This document shows positions 39,254 to 47,311 of a stretch of 60,654 nt of DNA, one piece after another. The notes under the pieces were generated by a model. The model was given only the letters and a program-made list of their open reading frames with translations. It searched no databases and had not been told where the DNA came from. Source of the DNA: Flavobacteriaceae bacterium. GTDB lineage: Bacteria; Bacteroidota; Bacteroidia; Flavobacteriales; Flavobacteriaceae. The DNA is taken from positions 1 through 60,654 of the forward strand of contig JAOZTG010000001.1 of NCBI GenBank assembly GCA_029939235.1, given 5' to 3'. The first letter of the stretch is position 1. The number at the start of each line of letters is the position of its first letter. Made by a program: the position numbers and the translations under genes.

Positions 39254-40009
39254 ATGAGAATAATAATAATAGAAGATGAAAAACCGGCAGCAAGGCATTT
39301 AAAACGAATGTTGAATGAGATGGGTTTAAAAGTTCAAATCATGTTGCATTCGGTTGAAGAATCCATTCAATGGTTTTTACAGAATGAACATCCAGATTTA
39401 ATATTATTAGATATTCAATTGTCTGATGGTTTGTCCTTTGAGATATTTAAAGAAGTGCTTGTTGAGAGTAATATCATTTTTACAACGGCATACGATGAAT
39501 ATGCTTTAAAAGCATTTAAGTTAAACAGTATTGATTATTTGTTAAAACCTATTGATAGGGAAGAGTTAAACAATGCAATTGAAAAATATCGTAAATATTC
39601 AATGAAGAAGAGCAATATGCATTTTGATATTGAACAGATAAGAAAGTTGCTGGTAAATCCTTTAGATAAAAATTATAAAAAAAGATTTACAATCAGAGTA
39701 GGGCAGCATATAAAAATAGTAAATACAAAATCTATTGAATGTTTTTACAGTGAAAATAAAGCTACTTTTTTATATACCGATAAAAGGAATAATTATGTAT
39801 TGGATGAAACCTTAGAGCAAATTGAAGAGCAGCTTGATCCCACAAAATACTTTAGGGTTAGCCGTAAATTTATTGTCAACATGGATTATATCAAAGATAT
39901 AATTTCCTATACAAACAGTAGGTTACAGGTGAAATTAGAGCATTTTAATGAGCTTGATATTATTGTAAGCCGCGAAAAGGTGAAGGATTTTAAAAACTGG
40001 TTGAATTAG
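39254..40009 (+). CDS. LytTR-family response regulator
   Basis: IIEDE, LDIQLSDG, FTTAYDEYA, DYLLKP, FRVSRKFIVN, VSRE. Confidence 0.95.
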   Translation: MRIIIIEDEKPAARHLKRMLNEMGLKVQIMLHSVEESIQWFLQNEHPDLILLDIQLSDGLSFEIFKEVLVESNIIFTTAYDEYALKAFKLNSIDYLLKPIDREELNNAIEKYRKYSMKKSNMHFDIEQIRKLLVNPLDKNYKKRFTIRVGQHIKIVNTKSIECFYSENKATFLYTDKRNNYVLDETLEQIEEQLDPTKYFRVSRKFIVNMDYIKDIISYTNSRLQVKLEHFNELDIIVSREKVKDFKNWLN

Positions 40010-40073
40010 AATTATAAATTGATCTTTCAAAGTTGAAAACCTGAAAGAGATCAGTGTTAATAGCAATTTAGTA

Positions 40074-40613
40074 TTAATCTTTTTCAAAAAAACTAAAAAC
40101 ATTACTTCCGTATTTTTTTGAAAATGCAAAAGTAGAATTTTTTGATAGATCTGTGTTTTTTGAATGTTCTATAATTAAAAGTCCATCGTTATTTAAAAGA
40201 TCTTTCTCAAAAACAAGATCAACAATATTTTGAAATTTTTCTTGTGAAAAGTCATAGGGTGGGTCAGCAAAAATAACATCAAACTTTGAGTTTGTTCTTT
40301 CTAAAAAAGAATAGGCATCACTTTTTATCACCTGAATTCCAAGTTCTAATTCACGATCTATTTTTTCTAAAAACCTGACACAACCTTGATTTAGATCTAT
40401 ACAAGTTATTTGTTCAGTACCTCTGGAAGCAAATTCAAATCCTACACTGCCTATACCCGCAAAGATATCTAAAACAGCTATTTGATCAAAGTAATAACGA
40501 TTGTTTAAGATATTGAATAAGGCTTCTTTAGCCATATCCGTGGTTGGTCGTACCGGTAAATTATTTGGAGCATTAATGCGTCTACTTTTATGTTTTCCTG
40601 AAATGATACGCAT
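40074..40613 (-). CDS. rsmD: 16S rRNA m2G966 methyltransferase RsmD
   Basis: MRIISG, RPTTD, LDIFAGIG, FADPPY. Confidence 0.93.
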   Translation of the reverse strand: MRIISGKHKSRRINAPNNLPVRPTTDMAKEALFNILNNRYYFDQIAVLDIFAGIGSVGFEFASRGTEQITCIDLNQGCVRFLEKIDRELELGIQVIKSDAYSFLERTNSKFDVIFADPPYDFSQEKFQNIVDLVFEKDLLNNDGLLIIEHSKNTDLSKNSTFAFSKKYGSNVFSFFEKD

Positions 40614-41464
40614 TAATACTGATTTAGTAGCGTGTAGAATTCACGTTTGATCTCTTCACCGAACTTATCGCTAAAAGAATACTTTGACCGATTCTCTAAA
40701 AGACGGATGTTTCTCACATATTCATACGCAATATTGTAAAATGCATCTTCTTTTTCAATGGATCCGGAAAGAACCAGTTCAAATTTTTCTGGATTAAAAT
40801 TCAATTGTTCAGCAGTAAATAAAATATAATATATAAAATCTTCTTTTGTGTTGTATTTAAAAGAATTATATAATACTAATTTATTGTTGGCAATAGCTAC
40901 AATTTCAAAATGTTGTTTGTGCAAATCAACAAATAAATGAGGTCGTTCACTAAATTTATAAGTATTCAGTAAACTTTCAACTAATATGGAAGAAAAATGT
41001 TTGTATTCAAAACTGCCATATTTTTCTAATAAAAAGTTATTGATATTAACAAATGGAATAAAAACATTGAACATATCGTGATTCTCAATTTCATCATAAA
41101 CTATATAATCGTTTTGATAGGTCTTTGATGAATATTTGATATAACTATTGATGTGATTTGGATCAAATAAAGGTTTGGGTACTAAAGTTGCAAGATCGTT
41201 AACATGAGAAATATTAACACTATTGTAATTTTTATTTAAAAGATCTTCTGATTTGTAGATTTGCTCTACATTTTTAAGATGTTTTTCGGGTGTTGAAGAG
41301 CTTTTTTCAAAAGGAATGTGTTTAATTAAGTTAACCTCATTGGTGTTTTTATCAATGATACAAAAAGAAAATCCATCCAAACTGAGTTGGATGGATAAGT
41401 GATTATCTTTAGATTCGTTTAAATCTACTGAATTATTCGTTATCTGCACTTTCTTTAATGCCAT
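40613..41464 (-). CDS. DUF3822 family protein
   Basis: LSIQLSLDGFSF, TLVP--LF, EDFIYYILF--EQL; start uncertain (ATG 41467/41464 or GTG 41449), overlapping the upstream gene end. Confidence 0.82.
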   Translation of the reverse strand: MALKKVQITNNSVDLNESKDNHLSIQLSLDGFSFCIIDKNTNEVNLIKHIPFEKSSSTPEKHLKNVEQIYKSEDLLNKNYNSVNISHVNDLATLVPKPLFDPNHINSYIKYSSKTYQNDYIVYDEIENHDMFNVFIPFVNINNFLLEKYGSFEYKHFSSILVESLLNTYKFSERPHLFVDLHKQHFEIVAIANNKLVLYNSFKYNTKEDFIYYILFTAEQLNFNPEKFELVLSGSIEKEDAFYNIAYEYVRNIRLLENRSKYSFSDKFGEEIKREFYTLLNQY

Positions 41465-42164
41465 CATAAAAAGGAGGCCAGTTTCCATTTGAATTAACTT
41501 CTTCCAATGATCCAACTGAAATATATGCACCAGGTATATTAATACCTCCTAATGTTTCATTTTCTTGTCTGATCAAATCTTTATTCATTCCATGTAAAAC
41601 AACTTCTTTAGCTATTTTAACTTCAAAAACTGAAGTTTTAACTCCTTGAATTTTTTCAACCTGACCGGTTTTTAATTCAAATTTTGCATCTGTTCCAGGA
41701 ACACTCATCATATTTTTATAATCTCGATCTTTAAATTTATCAATTACCGGTTCAAAACCAACCGTATCAACAACTCTTTTTTCAACATCAATCGTAATTC
41801 TACCTCTTTGTTCGGTTACAACAATATTTTTTACTTCTGTTATTGCAAATTTAGCCGTATCAATAAAACTAATCAATGCTTGAGAATTTGCTGTAAATGT
41901 TCTATTTACCTCAGCATAAGCTATTTCTGCATCACGAATTGTTTTAAGATTTACAATTACATCAGCATATCTTTCCTTTTTAATTTTGTTAAATTTAATA
42001 GGCATCATAATACTTTGGTATATTTGATAACCCAGAAAAATAATAACAACCCATAAAACTAAAGATATTACAGGCTTTAATTTACTTGGCAATTTATTTA
42101 CAATTAAGTAAGCTAATCCAGCCACAGCAAGTATAGATACAACAATTATTAAAATATTAGTCAT
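41433..42164 (-). CDS. Conserved hypothetical membrane-anchored protein
   Basis: Two N-terminal TMs, SI--PIKF, C-terminal VGSL-EV---GNWP; TAGATTTG box at 42195-42202. Confidence 0.75.
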   Translation of the reverse strand: MTNILIIVVSILAVAGLAYLIVNKLPSKLKPVISLVLWVVIIFLGYQIYQSIMMPIKFNKIKKERYADVIVNLKTIRDAEIAYAEVNRTFTANSQALISFIDTAKFAITEVKNIVVTEQRGRITIDVEKRVVDTVGFEPVIDKFKDRDYKNMMSVPGTDAKFELKTGQVEKIQGVKTSVFEVKIAKEVVLHGMNKDLIRQENETLGGINIPGAYISVGSLEEVNSNGNWPPFYDGIKESADNE

Positions 42165-42374
42165 TTTTTCAATGTATTTAAATTAGGTTAAAGGCAAATC
42201 TACAAAATTTTTTATTTCTCAAAAGTAATTATTTTATATTATATGCTAAAATTTTTATCCTATATTTTTTTTTAAAATTATTCTGGCAAAAATTTATCAT
42301 TCGAATGAGTATTCAATGACCTATTTAAATATAATTCTTCATAGTTTTGCAGAGGTCACTTTTAATAAAAATAA

Positions 42375-43802
42375 ATGATTAAAGAAACGGCGGTTTTTTA
42401 TTCTAATTTAATTCAACAATTTCCTTTTTCTCCAACTTTGAGACAAGATGAATTGTTACATAAAATATCGCATTTTGTATTAAGCAAGAATAGGCAGGAG
42501 TTGTTTTTATTGAAAGGGTATGCAGGAACGGGTAAAACCACCATAATTAGTACCCTTGTGAATAACCTGTGGAGATCAGGGCATAGATCAGTGTTGTTGG
42601 CACCAACCGGAAGAGCAGCTAAAGTAATTAGTAATTATTCAAAAAAGGAGGCTTTTACCATTCATAAAAAAATATACTTTCCAAAAAAGATGGGAGGAGG
42701 CGGACTTGGTTTTGTCTTAAAACAAAATATGCATACCAATACTATTTTTTTTGTTGATGAGGCATCAATGATCCCCGATAGATCGCCAGATGCCCGACTT
42801 TTTGAAAATGCTTCTCTTTTAGATGATCTAATTTCATTTGTATATTCAGGAACAAATTGTAAGCTGGTGTTGATTGGAGATACTGCACAATTACCTCCCG
42901 TAAAGTTAGAATTGAGTCCGGCATTAGATAAACATATCCTTTCAGTCAATTATAGTAAAGACATCAAAGAAATTGAGTTAAATGAGGTGATGCGTCAACA
43001 CAATGAATCGGGTATTTTATACAATGCAACACAATTACGTGTGAATTTGATGAGAAATATTTTTGATGATTTTGTATTTGATCTGGATTATCGTGATATT
43101 GTCCGTTTAACGGATGGTTATGATATACAAGACGCTATAGTTGACTCATACAATAATAATGGAGTAGAGGGTACTGCTTTTATTGTAAGGTCGAATAAAA
43201 GAGCTAATCAATATAATCAACAGATCAGAATAAATATATTAGGACTTGAAAATGAGATTACCTCGGGGGATTATGTAATGGTCGTAAAAAATAACTATTA
43301 CTGGTTGAAAGATTCAACGGATGTTGGATTTATAGCAAATGGTGATATTTGTGAAATTCTTGAAATTTTTAGTTTTAAAGAATTGTATGGATTTAATTTT
43401 GCTGAGGTTAAATTGAGGATGATCGATTACCCAAATCAGGTGCCATTTGAAACAGTTTTATTATTAGATACTTTGCATAGTGAATCTCCTTCTTTAAGCT
43501 ATGAAGAAAGCAATAAATTGTATCAGGAAATAATAAAAGATTACGAAGATGAAGGTTCTAAATATAAAAAAATGCTTGCAGTTAAAGAGAACAAATACTT
43601 CAATTCACTACAGGTAAAGTTCTCATATGCAATGACATGTCACAAATCACAAGGAGGACAATGGAAAAATGTTTTTATTGAACAACCTTACTTACCAAAT
43701 GGGCAAGATTTATCGTATCTTCGTTGGTTATATACAGCAGTTACAAGAGCACAAAGTAAATTATATTTAATTGGATTTAAAGATGAGTATTTTGAAGAGT
43801 AA
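42375..43802 (+). CDS. RecD-like SF1B ATP-dependent DNA helicase
   Basis: GYAGTGKT, LAPTGRAAK, VDEASM, GDTAQLPPV, TCHKSQG, YTAVTRA. Confidence 0.92.
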   Translation: MIKETAVFYSNLIQQFPFSPTLRQDELLHKISHFVLSKNRQELFLLKGYAGTGKTTIISTLVNNLWRSGHRSVLLAPTGRAAKVISNYSKKEAFTIHKKIYFPKKMGGGGLGFVLKQNMHTNTIFFVDEASMIPDRSPDARLFENASLLDDLISFVYSGTNCKLVLIGDTAQLPPVKLELSPALDKHILSVNYSKDIKEIELNEVMRQHNESGILYNATQLRVNLMRNIFDDFVFDLDYRDIVRLTDGYDIQDAIVDSYNNNGVEGTAFIVRSNKRANQYNQQIRINILGLENEITSGDYVMVVKNNYYWLKDSTDVGFIANGDICEILEIFSFKELYGFNFAEVKLRMIDYPNQVPFETVLLLDTLHSESPSLSYEESNKLYQEIIKDYEDEGSKYKKMLAVKENKYFNSLQVKFSYAMTCHKSQGGQWKNVFIEQPYLPNGQDLSYLRWLYTAVTRAQSKLYLIGFKDEYFEE

Positions 43803-45054
43803 AATACTAATAATTGGAATTTTATTATTGAATTTGATTTCCTGTTCCACAGCAAAAAGGGTTGAGAAAGACCTTTCTAAACAGTCAGAAATAAATAATT
43901 ATTTTAGAGGGTTTGTGGTTTATAATACAAAAACATATAAGGAAATTGTCAATTATAACGGAGCAAAATATTTTACACCTGCTTCAAACACAAAGCTTTT
44001 TACGTTTTATTCGGCTTACAAAACATTTAAAGATTCAGTAGCCGGACTCGAATATGTTGAAAAAGGAGATTCATTGATTATCAAAGGAACAGCAGATCCG
44101 TCTTTGTTATATGGTTTTGAAGATAATAAAACTCTTGATTTTCTTAAAAATTCTGATAAAGATATTTATTTATTGGATAGGAATATTGATGAACCGGTTT
44201 ATGGAGATGGCTGGGCCTGGGATGATTATGGGTATTATTATATGCCAGAGAAAAGTCTTTTCCCCATTTACGGGAATATTATTGAGTTAACAAAAGGTGA
44301 TCATATTGAAGTAGCTCCTAATTTCTTTAAAGATTATATTGAAATTAACAATGAAAAAAGTATCAGAAGAGATTATAAACAAAATCAGTTTTATGTAAAA
44401 TCATCGGATAGATTCAAAGAAAGACAAATTCCATTTGTAACTTCAAACCAATTGGTTGCAGATATACTTGGAGAAGAAATTGATAAAAAGATCATTGTAA
44501 TAAATAACAAGAATAATTACTATTTCAAACCTGTTCACAGTATTCCCTATGATTCTTTATACCATAAAATGCTGCATGTAAGTGATAATTTTATTGCAGA
44601 GCAATTAATGCTGCAAGTTGGAAACAGGGTGGATAGCGCCTTTAGTGTAAAAAGTGGAATTACTTATTCACTGGAAAATTACCTGCCAAATATTCCACAA
44701 AAACCTCGATGGGTAGATGGGTCAGGCTTATCGAGATATAATTTATTTACTCCAGAGAGTTTTGTATATCTGTTAAAGAAAATGTATTGGGAAATTCCAA
44801 AAGAAAAGTTGTTCGATTATTTTCCTGCCGGAGGAGAAAGTGGAACATTAGAGAAGTATTTTGCAAATAACAAACCATATATTTTTGCTAAAACGGGTAC
44901 GCTTTCTAATAATTTTAATTTAAGTGGTTATTTGGTAACCAAAAAAGGGACTGTTTTGATCTTCAGTTATATGAATAACCATTATGCAGGAAGTGCTACT
45001 GCCAGAAAAGAAGAAATGGAAGTATTTTTTAAGAAATTATATAACTCTTATTGA
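43783..45054 (+). CDS. dacB: D-Ala-D-Ala carboxypeptidase/endopeptidase (peptidase S13, PBP4-like) lipoprotein
   Basis: PASNTK (SxxK), SDN, DGSGLSRYN, KTGT; lipobox ISC. Confidence 0.88.
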   Translation: MSILKSKILIIGILLLNLISCSTAKRVEKDLSKQSEINNYFRGFVVYNTKTYKEIVNYNGAKYFTPASNTKLFTFYSAYKTFKDSVAGLEYVEKGDSLIIKGTADPSLLYGFEDNKTLDFLKNSDKDIYLLDRNIDEPVYGDGWAWDDYGYYYMPEKSLFPIYGNIIELTKGDHIEVAPNFFKDYIEINNEKSIRRDYKQNQFYVKSSDRFKERQIPFVTSNQLVADILGEEIDKKIIVINNKNNYYFKPVHSIPYDSLYHKMLHVSDNFIAEQLMLQVGNRVDSAFSVKSGITYSLENYLPNIPQKPRWVDGSGLSRYNLFTPESFVYLLKKMYWEIPKEKLFDYFPAGGESGTLEKYFANNKPYIFAKTGTLSNNFNLSGYLVTKKGTVLIFSYMNNHYAGSATARKEEMEVFFKKLYNSY

Positions 45055-45058
45055 AATA

Positions 45059-46159
45059 TTAATTGTCTTCGTCTAAATTAAATGAACCTAAAAGTCGTTT
45101 CCAGCCAGAACCTTCAATGATCTCTAATGAGCGTGTTGAAATTAACTGTTGTTTTTCCGGATCCATATGTTTGCTAAATCCAAAAGCATACATCGATAGA
45201 TTGTATTTCAGTTTTAGAAGTTCAAATTCTTTTTTGTCATCAGATTTAATTTCATAACGCAATACGGGTTCATCATATGCAACAATATCAATTTCTCCAT
45301 TTCTTAATCCATCTACCAGGTTTTTAAAAGTATGGTAGCTTTTTAGATTATGATAAAAATTATCCATCAACCATCTTTCGGTTGCAGAATTGGAAACTGT
45401 CCCGATCCTATATTTTTTATAGGAAATGATTTCTTCTGATGATACTTCCAGTTTTTTAATGGTAAGCGTTGATGTAATACTTGCCGTAATTGTAGAGAGT
45501 AAAATAATACCAATAAACATCCAGATCAAACTAATTGTTCGTCCGCCAAATGTCTTAGGTGTTTTGTCTCCATAGCCTACTGTTGTCATCGTAACTACCG
45601 ACCACCATATGCCATGTAACAGACCATAAATACCATCTCCAAACTGTTCTTTATTATCTTTTCTTTCAAAGATCCAGACCAAAAATCCAAAAAAAGTAAT
45701 AATAAGGAGGAGTGAAATAATAATTTTTAAAAATTTCCAGCTAAATATTGTGGAGGTTATTTCTAACATTTTTTTATAATTGGAAGAATAATTGATCATA
45801 CCACCTGAATATGCGATATAGTAAGGAACAGAAAAATCTATTTGTTTAATTCTTTCACTGGTTATGGTTAAGGGAGATATTCCAACATCAATTGTACCTG
45901 TTTTAAGTCCGTTTAATAAACTGTCTAATGGTAGTTGAACATATTCAAAAACTGTATTTTTTTCATTTCTAATGACTCTTTCCCAAAGACGATAACTAAC
46001 GCCTTTTAATTTGTTGTTCTCCCTAAATACGAATGGTGGATTTATGTTATAACCAACAATAATAGTGTCTTTCACTTGTTCGGGAGAAAGATCATCTTTT
46101 GCATAGATATTTGAAGATATCAAACTAAGGAACAAAATTAAAAAACATACGGTTTTCAT
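45059..46159 (-). CDS. GluR0-like ligand-gated K+ channel (split SBP_bac_3 domain plus pore)
   Basis: Signal peptide, PPF..LTITSER...DFSVPY (S1), TM, WWSVVTMTTVGYGD, TM, S2 with DIVAYDEPVLRY. Confidence 0.85.
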   Translation of the reverse strand: MKTVCFLILFLSLISSNIYAKDDLSPEQVKDTIIVGYNINPPFVFRENNKLKGVSYRLWERVIRNEKNTVFEYVQLPLDSLLNGLKTGTIDVGISPLTITSERIKQIDFSVPYYIAYSGGMINYSSNYKKMLEITSTIFSWKFLKIIISLLLIITFFGFLVWIFERKDNKEQFGDGIYGLLHGIWWSVVTMTTVGYGDKTPKTFGGRTISLIWMFIGIILLSTITASITSTLTIKKLEVSSEEIISYKKYRIGTVSNSATERWLMDNFYHNLKSYHTFKNLVDGLRNGEIDIVAYDEPVLRYEIKSDDKKEFELLKLKYNLSMYAFGFSKHMDPEKQQLISTRSLEIIEGSGWKRLLGSFNLDEDN

Positions 46160-46236
46160 TGTTTATAAATTGGTTTTTGTAAAAATAAAAAAAGTAAAGT
46201 CAAAAGAAAAACTATTGGTCTAATTTGTTTTAGATA

Positions 46237-47148
46237 TTATTCCTCAATGATCTTGTTAATGTAATGAATAGTATCTTTAATGGGGTCCTGATAATCAAAC
46301 CATTTAATCTCCTGATCTTTTCTAAACCAGGTTCCTTGTCGTTTAGCAAACCGTCGGGTATTTTTTTTAATTTCCGAAATCGCAAATTCTAAATCCCATT
46401 CACTATCCATATATTTGAATAGTTCTTTATAACCAACAGTTTGTAAGGCATTTAGATCTTTATTTGGAAAAAGGGTTTTAGCTTCATTTAAAAGTCCGTT
46501 TTGCATCATGAGATCGACTCTTTGGTTAATTCGATTGTAAATAACCTCTCTTTCTGCAGAGATTCCTATTTTTATTGGAATGAAATTCCTTTTATTTTTT
46601 TTGAAATTTAAAAAAGAAGAATAAGCTTTTTTTGTACCTAAACAAATTTCCAACGCTCTAATCAGGCGCTGTTTGTTATCAATATCAATTTTTTGAAAAG
46701 TGATAGGGTCAAGCTCTTGCAATCTTTTTTGCAGGACTTCAATTCCTTTTTCATCTAATTCCTTTTTAAGATTTGTTCTTATATCTGGATCAACTTCCGG
46801 AAAATCATCTAAGCCATCCATCACTGCATTGACATATAAGCCACTGCCACCAACCATAATCACAACATTATGATGCTTAAATAAATCATTTAATTTATCA
46901 ATTGCATCTCTCTCATAATCACCAACATTATAATCTTCAAAAATACTTCTATCCTGAATAAAATGATGTTTTACTTCATTTAATTCTTTTTCGCTTGGGA
47001 CGGCAGTTCCAATTTGCATTTCTTTATAAAATTGTCTGGAATCGCTTGAAATGATCTCCGTTTTATAATGTTTAGCAAGTGCAATGCTTAAGGCAGTTTT
47101 TCCTATGGCTGTTGCTCCAACAATGCTTATAAGATAATTCTGATTCAT
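46237..47148 (-). CDS. miaA: tRNA dimethylallyltransferase
   Basis: GATAIGKT, DSRQFY, VGGSGLY, TRRFAKRQ-TW; start probably ATG 47148. Confidence 0.97.
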   Translation of the reverse strand: MNQNYLISIVGATAIGKTALSIALAKHYKTEIISSDSRQFYKEMQIGTAVPSEKELNEVKHHFIQDRSIFEDYNVGDYERDAIDKLNDLFKHHNVVIMVGGSGLYVNAVMDGLDDFPEVDPDIRTNLKKELDEKGIEVLQKRLQELDPITFQKIDIDNKQRLIRALEICLGTKKAYSSFLNFKKNKRNFIPIKIGISAEREVIYNRINQRVDLMMQNGLLNEAKTLFPNKDLNALQTVGYKELFKYMDSEWDLEFAISEIKKNTRRFAKRQGTWFRKDQEIKWFDYQDPIKDTIHYINKIIEE

Positions 47149-47311
47149 ATAAAGCAAAAATAGATTTAATTAATGACATGTCAAAAACAGTAAATATGAA
47201 CACAAAAGAATTGATTTATAGGCGGTGACAGCTGTAATAAAATAAGAATTTGAGCGTTTCGTAAGTAATTAACTATTCACAAATAAGGATAACAAGTTGA
47301 AAACAATTTTT

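Noticed and set aside
40020-40052. Possible terminator between the convergent LytTR gene and rsmD
   Set aside because: Stem TGATCTTTCA/TGAAAGAGATCA is bulged and lacks a clear U-tract; too weak to call
41433-41530. 98-bp overlap suggesting a frameshift or recoding
   Set aside because: Downstream ATG/GTG starts reduce the overlap to about 17-35 nt; no slippery site evident
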